NCBI GenBank assembly: GCA_963792585.1
Contig: CAWBWI010000006.1
Coordinates: forward strand, 800,001-864,000
DNA length: 64,000 nucleotides
Direction: 5' to 3'
DNA from: Candidatus Eiseniibacteriota bacterium
Lineage (GTDB): Bacteria; Eisenbacteria; RBG-16-71-46; CAIMUX01; VGJL01
Below the pieces are notes generated by a model, which was not told where the DNA came from, made no database searches, and saw only the letters and a program-made list of their open reading frames with translations. Made by a program: the position numbers and the translations under genes. Each line of letters begins with the position of its first letter. The stretch's first letter is position 1. Shown here in pieces: positions 1 through 10,851 of this stretch.

Positions 1-918
1 GCGGTGGCGATCCTCATATGCGGGTGTGGCGGCGGGGATAAGTCCGAGGCGAAGAAGGACACGACGAAGGGACCAACCGCCACGATCGGCGTCTCCCTTC
101 TCACACGAACCCATCCCTTCTACCAGGATCTCGAATCGGGGCTGCGCGAGGGAGCAGCCGCCCACGGCTACGAGTTGATCGTCCAGGCGGGCGAGTTCGA
201 CGTCGCCAAGCAGAAGGACCAGCTCGAGAACTTCATCGTTCGCAAGGTCGCGGCGATCATCGTCTGCCCGTGCGACTCGAAGTCGATCGGCACCTCGATC
301 GCGGCGGCGAACCAGGCGGGGATCCCGGTCTTCACGGCCGACATCGCAGTGCTCGCCGAAGGTCCGAAGGTCGTCTGCCACGTCGCATCCGACAACGTCG
401 CCGGCGGCCGCCTGGCGGCCAAGGCCGTGATCGACGCCCTCGGCGGCAAGGGGAAGGTGGCGATCATCGACCATCCCGAGGTCGAATCGGTCATCCAGCG
501 TGTGCGCGGTTTCGAGGAGGGGATCGCCGAGGCGGCGGGCATGCAGATCGTCGCGAAGCTGACCGGGCGCGGGATGAAGGACGTCGCCTTCCGCACGGCG
601 GAGGACATCCTCCAGGCGCACCCCGATCTCGACGCGATCTTCGGGATCAATGACGACTCGGCCCTCGGCGCCCTGGCGGCGGTCGAGAAGGCGGGCAAGC
701 AGGGACGCATCACGATCATCGGCTTCGACGCCGTCCCCGAGGCGCGGCAGGCGATCCGCGACGGCAAGATCCACGCCGACGTGATCCAGCAGCCGAAGGT
801 GATCGGCAGCACGACGATCCAGGCGATCGCCGACTACATGGCCGGCAAGACGGTCCCCCCATCGATCCTGATCCCCTGCGATCTGCTGACCAAGGATAAG
901 GCTTCCGCCGACAAGTGA
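1..918 (+). CDS. Sugar ABC transporter substrate-binding lipoprotein (RbsB/LacI-type periplasmic fold), 5' end probably outside the window
   Basis: Lipobox-like ILICGC; HPFY; SDNVAGG; GINDDSALGA; GFDA; QQP motifs typical of ribose-family binding proteins. Confidence 0.9.
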   Translation, partial: AVAILICGCGGGDKSEAKKDTTKGPTATIGVSLLTRTHPFYQDLESGLREGAAAHGYELIVQAGEFDVAKQKDQLENFIVRKVAAIIVCPCDSKSIGTSIAAANQAGIPVFTADIAVLAEGPKVVCHVASDNVAGGRLAAKAVIDALGGKGKVAIIDHPEVESVIQRVRGFEEGIAEAAGMQIVAKLTGRGMKDVAFRTAEDILQAHPDLDAIFGINDDSALGALAAVEKAGKQGRITIIGFDAVPEARQAIRDGKIHADVIQQPKVIGSTTIQAIADYMAGKTVPPSILIPCDLLTKDKASADK

Positions 919-2413
919 GCGGGTCCGGGATCGAGGACGCGCCGATCCTCCGCCTCACCGGCGTCGAGAAGGCGTTCCCCGGCGTACGCGCCCTGCGCGG
1001 CGCGCACCTCGAGGTCCGCGCGGGCGAGGTGCACGCGCTCGTCGGCGAGAACGGCGCGGGCAAGAGCACGCTGATCAAGGTCGTGACGGGCGCGCACCGG
1101 CCGGATCCGGGGCGGATCGAGATCGGCGGCGCGCCGGCGGCCTTCGCGGGGCCGATCGACGCCTTCACGTCGGGGATCGCCGCCATCTACCAGGAGTTCA
1201 ACCTCGTCCCCGCGTTGACGGTTCGGGAGAACCTCTTCCTCGGCCGCGAGCGGAGTCGTCTCGGCCGCGTGGATGCGACCGAAGAGCGCCGGCGGACCGC
1301 GGACGTCCTGGGCCGCCTCGGTGGAGGGGTCGATCCGGACGCCCGCATCCGCGACCTCGACGTCGCGCGGCAGCAGATCGTGGAGATCGCCCGGGCGCTG
1401 CTCGCGGATGCGCGCCTTCTGATCATGGACGAGCCGACGGCGACGCTCGCCCCGAGGAGGTGGAGCGTCTCTTCGGAATCCTCCGCGAGCTGCGCCGCCC
1501 GGCCACGGGATCCTCTTCGTCAGCCACCGCCTGGACGAGGTTGCCGCCATCGGCGATCGGATCACCGTGATGCGCGACGGCGAGACGCTCGGGACCTGGA
1601 CGGCCGCCGATCTTCCGGAAGCGAGGCTGATCGAGCTGATGGTCGGCCGCCCGCTCGGGACTTCGTTCCCCGCCCGGTCGCCCCGTCTCGGCCCCGAAGT
1701 GCTGCGCGCCGAGGATCTGCGCGGCGGCCGCGTCCGCGGAGCCTCCTTCGCATTGCGGGCCGGGGAGGTCCTCGGGATCGCCGGCCTCGTCGGCGCCGGA
1801 CGCACCGATCTCGCGCGGCTGATCTTCGGCGCCGACCGGCCGGAGGGAGGACGCCTCCTCCTCGACGGCGCGTCGATCACGGTACGCAGCCCCGCGCGAG
1901 GCGATCGGCCACGGCATCTGCCTGCTCACCGAGGATCGCAAGGGGCAGGGGCTGGTGCTCGGACTCTCCGCGCGGGAGAACTTCGCGCTTCCGAACCTCG
2001 GCCGCTGGTCGCGCTTCGGCTGGATCGACGCCGGGAAGGAATCCTCGGCTTTCATGCGCTACGTCGAGAGCCTCAACATTCGGGTGGCCGGTCCGGACCA
2101 GGCGGCGCGCAACCTCTCGGGTGGCAACCAGCAGAAGCTCCTGATCGCGCGCTGGCTCGAGAACGACGCGCGCGTCCTCTTCTTCGACGAGCCGACGCGC
2201 GGGATCGACGTCGGCGCGAAACACGAAATGTACAATCTGATCCGCGACCTCGCGTCGCGGGGCAAGGCGATCGTCATGATTTCATCCGAGCTGCCCGAGG
2301 TCCTGGGCATGAGCGATCGGATCCTCGTCATGCACGAGGGGCGTATCACGGGAGAGATCACCGACGTGGAAAGCGCGACCCAGGAGCAGCTGTTGCGCCT
2401 GGCGGTGGCGTGA
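915..2413 (+). CDS. Sugar ABC transporter ATP-binding protein (RbsA-type, two ABC domains), split by frameshifts
   Basis: Walker A GENGAGKST and MDEPT in the 915 frame; VLGIAGLVGAGRT in the 1567 frame; LSGGNQQK, DEPTRGIDVGAK and SSELPEV in the 1955 frame. Breaks near 1455, 1500 and 1900. GTGA overlap with the upstream gene. Confidence 0.88.
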
Positions 2414-3804
2414 CCGGCTGCGCCCCGCAGCCGGCGGGCGGTCCTTCGACCGGCTGGCGCGCGTCCATCACCCGCGCCCTCGGCCCCTACGGGATGCTCG
2501 GTGTCCTTCTGCTGCTCGTCATCCTCTTCTCGGCTCTCACGGTGCGCGAGCAGCACCCGACCGGCGATGCAGCCGCGCACGCCGTCGCCAAGAAGATCGC
2601 CGCCATGCCCCCGAGCACCGTCGTCATCTTCGCCCGCACCGGCGCGGAGGACGAGTCCTTCGCCCACAGCCTGAGGGACCGCCTGCGCGCCCGCGGCACC
2701 CCCGTCATCGGGATGGTGACCGGAGATCCAACGGACGTGAAACGCGAGATCGCCGCGCTCGCGTCGCAGCCGCAGACGGCGCTGCGGATCGCCACCCTCG
2801 AATCGTATGCGCCGATCGTCGCCTCGATCCTCGAGCAGTTCCCGGCGCTCTCAGGAGTTCCCATCCTGACGCCCCCCGCATATCGTTGGCCTACCTTTCT
2901 CTTGAAGGAGAACCTTCGAAACGTGGCCAATCAGATCGCGGTGATCGCGATCGTCGCCGTCGGGATGACGATGGTGATCATCACCGGAGGGATCGATCTC
3001 TCCGTCGGCAGCCTCATCGCGCTGGCGGCGGTGAGCGTCGCGGGGATGATCGGCTGGATGGGCGGGACGAGCGCGGGCGCGGGCGCGATGATCCTCGCCG
3101 GTCTCGGGGCGATCGTGGCCTGCGGCCTCTTCGGCCTCTTCTCGGGCTTCACGATCACCCGGTTCCGCGTGCCCCCCTTCATCGCGACCCTGGGAATGAT
3201 GCAGGTCGCGAGCGGGCTCGCGTACATCCTCTCGAAGGGCAAACCGATCTACCGGCTCCCCGACAGCTTCGTCACCCTCGGCCGATCGGCGGATCCGCTC
3301 CTCGGGATCCCGTACGCGGTGATCGTGATGGCGGCGCTCTTCGCCCTCGCCCACCTGTTGATGTCCCGGACGGTCCTCGGCCGGTACATCTACGCCGTGG
3401 GCGGCAACGAGGAGGCCGCACGGCTCGCCGGGGTGCGCGTCAAGGACGTCCTGCTCTTCGTCTATACGATTTCTGGACTGCTCGCGGGGCTCGGCGGCGT
3501 CGTCATGGCATCGCAATTCAAGAGCGGCGCGCCCACATACGGGGTCATGTACGAGCTCTACGTCATCGCGGCGGTGGTGGTCGGCGGCACTTCGCTCTCG
3601 GGCGGCGAGGGAAAGATCCTCGGAACCCTGATCGGGGCCTTCATCATTGCCGTCATCCAGAACGGGATGAACCTGACGAACGTGGAGAGCTACACGCAGA
3701 AGGTCGTGCTCGGGCTCGTGATCCTGGGCGCGGTGCTGATCGACCGGGTCAAGCAGCAACGGGGGTGGTGGCGGTGGCGGCCGGGCCGCGGGGCCGGCAT
3801 CTAG
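2410..3804 (+). CDS. Sugar ABC transporter permease (RbsC-type) with a soluble insertion after the first TM helix
   Basis: GTG at 2410 overlaps the ATPase stop; GMTMVIITGGIDLSVGS, PPFIATLG, GRYIYAVGGNEEAARLAG, IAAVVVGGTSLSGGEG. Confidence 0.9.
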   Translation: MTGCAPQPAGGPSTGWRASITRALGPYGMLGVLLLLVILFSALTVREQHPTGDAAAHAVAKKIAAMPPSTVVIFARTGAEDESFAHSLRDRLRARGTPVIGMVTGDPTDVKREIAALASQPQTALRIATLESYAPIVASILEQFPALSGVPILTPPAYRWPTFLLKENLRNVANQIAVIAIVAVGMTMVIITGGIDLSVGSLIALAAVSVAGMIGWMGGTSAGAGAMILAGLGAIVACGLFGLFSGFTITRFRVPPFIATLGMMQVASGLAYILSKGKPIYRLPDSFVTLGRSADPLLGIPYAVIVMAALFALAHLLMSRTVLGRYIYAVGGNEEAARLAGVRVKDVLLFVYTISGLLAGLGGVVMASQFKSGAPTYGVMYELYVIAAVVVGGTSLSGGEGKILGTLIGAFIIAVIQNGMNLTNVESYTQKVVLGLVILGAVLIDRVKQQRGWWRWRPGRGAGI

Positions 3805-3821
3805 TCGGAGGAGGCTGTCCA

Positions 3822-6800
3822 ATGCGGGGAATCTTGGTTTCGATCGTCGGGATCTTCATGGCGATCGCGGTCGGCACTGCTGCCGGAGCAGAGACGCCGG
3901 AGGCATTATCGGCGGCGCGGCCGCAGCTCTACGTGGTCGGCACGTCCCACTTGGACACCCAGTGGCGGTGGACCATCCAGAAGACGATCGACGAGTATAT
4001 CCCCGCCACCATGCGGGATAACCTCGCCCTCCTCGAGAAGTATCCCGACTACGTGTTCAGCTTCGAAGGGGCCTTCCGCTATCAACTGATGCGGGAGTAC
4101 TACCCGCAAGAATACGAGCGCGTGAAGAAGGCGATCGCCGACGGACGATGGCGGGTGGCCGGAAGCTGGGTGGATGCCGTCGACACGAACATGCCATCCC
4201 CTGAGGCATTGATGCGGCAGGCGCTCTACGGAAACGGCTTCTTCCGCCGCGAGTTCGGCAAGACGAGCTGCGACATCTTCCTCCCCGACTGCTTCGGTTT
4301 CGGGTACGCCCTCCCGGGAATCGCCAACCACTGCGGGATCACCGGATTCTCGACCCAGAAGCTCACCTGGGGATCGGCGGTCGGCGTGCCGTTCGACATC
4401 GGCCTCTGGGAGGGAGTCGACGGGTCGAAGCTGGTCGCCTCCATCAATCCCGGTGAATACGTCTCCCGTATCAAGACCGATCTATCTGCCGACTCCGCCG
4501 TCGTCGCGACGGTGACGAAGCAGGGCGAGACCTCGGGGCTCTATGCGGGCTTCAAGTACTTCGGAACCGGGGACGAAGGCGGCGCGCCGACGGAGGAGTC
4601 GGTGCAGTGGCTCGAAAAGAGCATCGCAGGAGCCGGTCCGGTGCTGGTGCGCAGCGTCGCCTCCGATCAGATCGCCCGCGATATCATGAGCCTTCCCGCG
4701 GCGTCTCTGGAGCGACTCCCCCGCTACAAGGGGGAACTTCTCATGACCGACCACGGAACCGGCTGCTACACATCCCAGGCGGCCATGAAGCGCTACAACA
4801 GGAAGAACGAGCGCCTCGCCGATGCGGCGGAGCGGGCGTCGGTGGTCGCCCAGTGGCTCGGATCCAGTCCATATCCGCGCGAGGCGCTGCGGGATACCTG
4901 GATTCGCTTCCTCTGGCACCAGTTTCACGACGATCTGACCGGAACGAGCATTCCCGAGGCATACGTCTACTCGTGGAACGACGAGGCGATCGCGATGAAC
5001 CAGTTTGGTTCGATCCTGAACGACGCGGTCGGCGGCGTCTCACGCGCCCTCGACACGCGTGCCACCGGAGTTCCCATCGTCGTCTACAACGCGCTCGGCA
5101 TCGATCGCGAAGACATCGTCGAGGCGGACGTGGTCTTCGAAGGGGCCGCGCCCCGTGCGGCGCGGGTCTGGGGTCCTCTCGGACAGGAGATCCCCTCGCA
5201 GACGCGCGCGAATGGAACTGGTCTTCACGTGACCTTCCTCGCCGCGGTACCGGCCGCGGGGTTCGCAGTCTATGACGTGCGCCCCTCGGATACTCCCTGC
5301 GATATCCAGACCGGTCTAAGCGCAAGCGAGGCGGCTCTCGAGAACGCCCGCTACCGCCTTCGCATCGACGCCAACGGCGATATCGCCTCGGTCTTGGATA
5401 AGCGGGCGAACCGGGAGCTCCTCGTATCCCCGATCCGACTGCAGATGATCGCCGACCAACCGTACGACTGGGCTGCCTGGGAAATCGACTACGACGACAT
5501 CATGGCGCCGCCGCGAACGCTCGTCGCCTCACCGGCCACCATCAGGATCGTTGATCACGGACCCGCCTGTTGCGCGATCGAGATCGTGCGTTCCGCCGAC
5601 GGCTCGGTCTTCCGCCAGACGGTGCGCCTCGCCGCGGGGGGCGCGGCCGATCGGATCGAAGTATCGAATGACGTCGACTGGGGCTCGAAGGGCACGCTGC
5701 TGAAGGCGGCGTTCCCGTTCACGATGGCGAACGAGAAGGCGACCTACGATCTGGGCCTGGGCACGATCGAGCGCGGGATCAACCGCAAGGTGCTCTACGA
5801 AGTCCCCGCCCAGCAGTGGGCCGATCTGACCGCCGCCGACGGCGGCTACGGCGTGGCCGTCATGAACGATTGCAAGTACGGGTGGGACAGGCCGGACGAT
5901 CACACGCTGCGACTCACCCTCGTCCGGACACCGGAAGTCAGCGAGCGCTGGAGCTGGATCAAGGACCAGCGCTCGATGGACCTCGGCCGCCACCGGTTCA
6001 CCTTCGCGGTCTGCGGGCACGCGGGAGACTGGCGCGACGGAAATATCCCGCTCGAGGCGGACCGTCTAAACCAGCCGCTCCTCGCGTATCAGGTCCCGAG
6101 TCATCCGGGTGAACTTGGCAGTTCCTTCTCCTTCTTCCACCTGAGCCATCCGTCGATCGCGGTCCGGGCGATTAAGATGGCAGAAGACGGCGACGAGATC
6201 ATCGTTCGATTGCAGGAGCTGCATGGCAAGGAGGCGCGGGCGGTCCGTTTCGACTTCGCCCGGCCGATCGTGAACGGGCGCGAGGTGAACGGAGTCGAGG
6301 ACGGCGTCGGGCCGGCGCTGATCAACAATGGCGGAATCTTCTGCTCGTTCGCTCCATACCAGCCTCGAACGTTCGCCGTGCGACTGGACGGGCCACCGAT
6401 CCATCTGGCCCCCCCCGACGCGCGCACGATCGAACTGCCCTTCAACATGGAGGGCGCCACGCTCCATGGCGTCCCGGCGACGACTCCCTTCGACGGGGCC
6501 GGCAACGCGCTTCCCGGCGAACTCCTCCCCGCCCGACTCACCTGCGGCGCCATCCCATTCGACCTGGGAGTTCCCGGCCGGCCGAACGTCCTGGCATGCC
6601 GCGGTCAGAGGATCGCGATCCCGGCAGGCGCCTTCGATCGCGTCTGCCTGATCGCCGCCGCGGTCGGCGGCGACCGGAAGGCAACCTTCTCGATCGACGG
6701 CCATCGGACCGACCTGTGGATCCAGGACTACGCCGAACCGATCGGGCAATGGGACAGCCGCCTCGCGACGGGGAGGTTTCTCGAGGAGCGTTCCGAGATT

Positions 6801-7745
6801 CTTCCCGCCTACCTCAAGATGGACCCGATCGCCTGGGTCGGGACCCACAGACACGCGAAGGATGGGAAGACCGAGGCATACGCGTTCGCCCAGATGTACC
6901 GCTACACGCTTCCGATCGCGCACGGCGCGCAGATGCTGACGCTCCCGGACGATGATCGTATCCGAGTTCTTGCGATCACCGCGGCCCATGATCCCAACGC
7001 CGCGACACGGCCGGCACAGCCGCTCTTCGATCTGCCCGGACGGACCGGAGTCCGCGTCGTCCCCGAGTCCCCGGACTTCCTGGAATCCACTCACGTCTCG
7101 ATGAGCTCCCCTAATGGGAGGGCGACCATCCGGTACACCCTCGACGGCGCCGATCCGACTGTCGATTCCCCGACATACCAGGAGCCGATCCGTATATCGA
7201 AACCGACGACCGTCAAGGCGCGGGCCTTTCTCGAGGGGATGGACTCTTCCTTCATCGCCCACGTTACCTTGAACAAGCTAACTCCACGCGCGGCGACCTC
7301 CGTCCCCGGCGCGATTCAGGGCCTCACCTGCCGCTACTACGAAGAGAGCTGGTCCAAGGTGCCCGACTTCCGGGCGCTCACGCCCGTCCGCACCATGATC
7401 GCCGATCGCGTGGCCGCGCCGGCATTCGCCCGTCAGGAGAACTACGGTCTCTTCCTGACGGGATACCTCAAGGTCCCGCGTGACGGCCTCTACACCCTCC
7501 ATCTCTGGTCGGATGACGGGAGCACACTCCGGCTGGGTGATGCGCCCCTGATCGACAACGATGGACTCCATGGCAGGGGTGAAGTTCCGGCGTCGTTCGC
7601 GCTGAAGGCCGGATTCCACCCGCTCGAGATCTCGTTCTTCCAGAAGATGGGGGACCAAGCGTTCGAACTGTGGATCGAGGGACCTGATCTGCCCCTTCAG
7701 CAGGTCCCCCCCGAGATGCTGGCGCATGCGGGGGCGGACCGGTAG
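3822..7745 (+). CDS. Secreted GH38 alpha-mannosidase with C-terminal chitobiase/FN3-associated and PA14 domains
   Basis: GGAGG RBS before ATG 3822; signal peptide; SHLDTQWRW, LPDCFG, QFHDDLTGTS; IRYTLDGADP (CHB_HEX_C-like); SDDGS and IDNDGLH (PA14). Confidence 0.9.
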   Translation: MRGILVSIVGIFMAIAVGTAAGAETPEALSAARPQLYVVGTSHLDTQWRWTIQKTIDEYIPATMRDNLALLEKYPDYVFSFEGAFRYQLMREYYPQEYERVKKAIADGRWRVAGSWVDAVDTNMPSPEALMRQALYGNGFFRREFGKTSCDIFLPDCFGFGYALPGIANHCGITGFSTQKLTWGSAVGVPFDIGLWEGVDGSKLVASINPGEYVSRIKTDLSADSAVVATVTKQGETSGLYAGFKYFGTGDEGGAPTEESVQWLEKSIAGAGPVLVRSVASDQIARDIMSLPAASLERLPRYKGELLMTDHGTGCYTSQAAMKRYNRKNERLADAAERASVVAQWLGSSPYPREALRDTWIRFLWHQFHDDLTGTSIPEAYVYSWNDEAIAMNQFGSILNDAVGGVSRALDTRATGVPIVVYNALGIDREDIVEADVVFEGAAPRAARVWGPLGQEIPSQTRANGTGLHVTFLAAVPAAGFAVYDVRPSDTPCDIQTGLSASEAALENARYRLRIDANGDIASVLDKRANRELLVSPIRLQMIADQPYDWAAWEIDYDDIMAPPRTLVASPATIRIVDHGPACCAIEIVRSADGSVFRQTVRLAAGGAADRIEVSNDVDWGSKGTLLKAAFPFTMANEKATYDLGLGTIERGINRKVLYEVPAQQWADLTAADGGYGVAVMNDCKYGWDRPDDHTLRLTLVRTPEVSERWSWIKDQRSMDLGRHRFTFAVCGHAGDWRDGNIPLEADRLNQPLLAYQVPSHPGELGSSFSFFHLSHPSIAVRAIKMAEDGDEIIVRLQELHGKEARAVRFDFARPIVNGREVNGVEDGVGPALINNGGIFCSFAPYQPRTFAVRLDGPPIHLAPPDARTIELPFNMEGATLHGVPATTPFDGAGNALPGELLPARLTCGAIPFDLGVPGRPNVLACRGQRIAIPAGAFDRVCLIAAAVGGDRKATFSIDGHRTDLWIQDYAEPIGQWDSRLATGRFLEERSEILPAYLKMDPIAWVGTHRHAKDGKTEAYAFAQMYRYTLPIAHGAQMLTLPDDDRIRVLAITAAHDPNAATRPAQPLFDLPGRTGVRVVPESPDFLESTHVSMSSPNGRATIRYTLDGADPTVDSPTYQEPIRISKPTTVKARAFLEGMDSSFIAHVTLNKLTPRAATSVPGAIQGLTCRYYEESWSKVPDFRALTPVRTMIADRVAAPAFARQENYGLFLTGYLKVPRDGLYTLHLWSDDGSTLRLGDAPLIDNDGLHGRGEVPASFALKAGFHPLEISFFQKMGDQAFELWIEGPDLPLQQVPPEMLAHAGADR

Positions 7746-7830
7746 GCGCGTCGCGGATCGGGTGTAGGCTCTTCCGGTCGCTTCACCGGGTGCTGAAGGC
7801 CGTACGGCGCCCAACGGAAAGGGACCCACC

Positions 7831-8763
7831 ATGCCCAAGTACCGCATCCTCAGCCTCGACGGCGGCGGCATTCGAGGCATCATCACCGCCGTGCTCTTGC
7901 AGCGACTCAGCGGTCAGCCGACCCTGTCCGGATGGCTGAACTCCGTCGATCTCATCGCCGGAACGTCGACCGGAGGATTGCTCTCGCTCGCGCTGGCCGC
8001 GGGGCTCGACCCGAAGGAAATCCGTGAGCTGTACGAAACGAAGGGAAAACAGATCTTCGACGATTCCTGGCTTGATGATCTCGTCGACCTCAGCAAGCTC
8101 CGCGGGGCCGACTACGGGATCAAGAACCTGCGCAACGAACTCCACAAGATCCTCGGCGATCGAACCCTCGCGCAGTTGCGCAAGCGCGTCCTCATCACGG
8201 CGTTCGATCTCGACAACGAAGCAGCCGATCCCGCGGATCGCACATGGAAGCCGAAGATCTTCCACAACTTTCCAGGTTCCGACAGCGACGGCGCGGAGCT
8301 GGCATACAAGATCGGAGTCTACACGAGCGCCGCGCCGACCTACTTCCCGGCCGAGGACGGTTACATCGACGGCGGCGTCTTCGCCCCGAACCCCAGCATG
8401 TGCGCCCTCGCCCAGTCGCAGGACGACCGGATTCCATCACCCCCCGCGCTCTCCGACGTCGTCCTGCTCTCGCTCGGCACGGGGACGACCTTGCAGTACA
8501 TCAAGGGAAAGACCCTCGACTGGGGATATGCCCAGTGGGCGAAGCCGCTCGTCAGCCTGATGCTCGACGGGGTCTCGGGAATCGCCGATTATCAATGCCG
8601 CCAAGTCCTGAAGGATCGTTATTGCCGCCTCGCCCCGACGTTTCCTCCGGGGACAGCGATCCCGATGGATGCCGTCGACAAGATCCCCTCGATGGTTCGG
8701 TTTGCCGGATCGGTCGATCTGAGCGCAACCGTCAGGTGGATCGAATCTCGCTGGATGCGGTAG
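7831..8763 (+). CDS. Patatin-like phospholipase
   Basis: LSLDGGGIRG, GTSTG, SAAPTYF and IDGG motifs. Confidence 0.93.
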   Translation: MPKYRILSLDGGGIRGIITAVLLQRLSGQPTLSGWLNSVDLIAGTSTGGLLSLALAAGLDPKEIRELYETKGKQIFDDSWLDDLVDLSKLRGADYGIKNLRNELHKILGDRTLAQLRKRVLITAFDLDNEAADPADRTWKPKIFHNFPGSDSDGAELAYKIGVYTSAAPTYFPAEDGYIDGGVFAPNPSMCALAQSQDDRIPSPPALSDVVLLSLGTGTTLQYIKGKTLDWGYAQWAKPLVSLMLDGVSGIADYQCRQVLKDRYCRLAPTFPPGTAIPMDAVDKIPSMVRFAGSVDLSATVRWIESRWMR

Positions 8764-8859
8764 GCATGCCGGAAGGCAGGGTCGCAAAGACCGTCCGTCG
8801 AGGGCCTATCCGCCGTCCCTGTCTCGTGGCATGATCATGCGCGGAATTGGAGGCCAACC

Positions 8860-10819
8860 ATGACCAACCGCTGGATGTCGCCCGCAGTCGCCGCCGCCCT
8901 GATCGCAACCATTCTGAGCGGTGCCATCCCCGCGGCGCCCGCGCGCGCCGAACTTCCCCCGCTGATCCCGCGGGAGGTTCTCTTCGGGAACCCGGAACGT
9001 CTGGAGCCTCTGATATCGCCCGGACGGGAGCCGGTTGGCCTATCTACGGCCCGACACGAGTGACGTCCTCCAGATCTGGCTGCGAACCATCGGGAAGACC
9101 GACGACCGGCAGCTCACGCAGGATCCGAAGCGCGGCATCTTCCATTACGGATGGACCTGGAACAACCGCGAGCTCTTCTACCTGCAGGACAACAATGGGG
9201 ACGAGAACTTCCACCTGTACATCACCAGTATCGAGACCAATGAAACGAGGGACATGACGCCGATCATGGGCGTCCAGGCGACACCGCGCGCCCTCGAACC
9301 CGATCACCCGGACGAGTTGATCGTGGAGATGAACCGCCGGGATCGATCGTTGATGGAACCCTGGAAGTGCGACCTGCGAACCGGCGCGCTCACGCTGATG
9401 GCCGAGAACCCCGGCAACGTCCGCACCTGGCATGCGGACGCGCAGCTCGCGATCCGCGGCGCGACCGTCGGGCACCCGGACGGCGGCGGCGAGTTCATCG
9501 TGCGCGACGGATCCGACGGCCCGTGGCGGACGCTGACGCCTTGGAAACTGGGCGACAAGTTCGAGCCGCTTGCCTTCTCGAAGAACGGCCGGACCGTCTA
9601 CGCCAAATCCAACATCGATGGCGACACGCAGGGGCTCTACGGCATCGACACCGCAACCGGAGATCGGACCCTGATCGCCTCCGACCCGGGCGCCGACGCC
9701 GACCAGGTCGTGATCGACCCGAGAACGCACGGGATCCAGGCCGTCTCCTTCGATCGACTGCGGCCGGTGTGGAAGGTCCTCGATCCTTCGATCCAGGCCG
9801 ACTGGGACGCGCTTACGAATGTCGCGCCCGGCAGCATGAACCTGGTGGGCCGCGACCTCGCCGACCGCATCTGGATCGTCAGGTTCGACACCGATATCGC
9901 GGGGATGAAGTACTACGCCTACGATCGCCCCACGAAGCAGGCCACCTTCCTCTTCAGCGCCTCCCCGAAGTTCGAGCAGTTCGTTCTCGCACCGGTGAAG
10001 AGCTTCGAGATCCGCTCGCGCGATGGACTGAGCCTCCCCTGCTACTTGACCCTACCGGTCGGCATCCCGTCGAAGAACCTCCCCATGGTCCTCTACGTTC
10101 ACGGGGGTCCCTGGGCGCGCGACTTCTGGGGCTTCGAGCCGAACGCCCAATGGCTCGCCAACCGGGGCTACGCGGTCCTTCAGGTCAACTACCGTGGGTC
10201 GGCCGGATTCGGGAAGTCCTTCCTCATGGCGGCCCGCAAGCAGTTCGCGGGGAAGATGCACGACGATCTGATCGACGCCGTCAACTGGGCTGTCGGAGAA
10301 GGGATCGCCGATCCCAAGCGGGTCGGGATCCTGGGCGCCTCGTACGGCGGATACGCAACGCTGGTTGGTCTCTCCTTTACGCCCGACGTCTTCGTCTGCG
10401 GCGTCGACATCGTGGGCCCCTCGAACCTGGTCACGCTCGTCGAGAGCTTCCCCGATTACTGGAAGCCGTTCCTGTCGGCTCGCTGGTACCCGATCGTCGG
10501 CGACCCCAGCAATCCAGAGGACCGCAAGGACATGCTCGCCCGCTCACCGATCACCAAGGTGGACCGGATCCGGGCGCCGCTCCTCGTCGGGCAGGGAGCC
10601 AACGACCCGCGCGTGAAGCAGGCGGAGAGCGACACGATCGTCGCGGCGCTGCGCAAGCGCGGCGTGCCGGTGGAGTACATCGTCTTTCCGGATGAGGGAC
10701 ATGGATTCGCGCGACCTGAGAATCAGTTGAAGTTCTCCGCCGCGGCGGAGGCATTTCTCGCCAAACACCTCGGCGGGCGGTTCGAGCCGGTGACGGCCCC
10801 CAAGGAGGTCGAGAGGTAG
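8860..10819 (+). CDS. Secreted S9 family (dipeptidyl/acylaminoacyl) peptidase, one frameshift near 9025-9035
   Basis: Signal peptide and PPLIPREVLFGNP in the 8860 ORF; VHGGP, GASYGG, GANDPRV and DEGHGF in the 9035 ORF. Confidence 0.9.
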
Positions 10820-10851
10820 GCGGGTCCTGTCAACCGCAGTCTGATTTCAAC

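Noticed and set aside
1567..3804. Apparent 745 aa ATPase-permease fusion ORF
   Set aside because: Artefact of frameshifts in the ATPase gene; the permease has its own GTG at 2410 overlapping the ATPase stop.
7831..8763. Patatin as a CBASS CapV effector
   Set aside because: No adjacent cyclase; it lies among metabolic genes more than 40 kb from the E1/E2/JAB genes.
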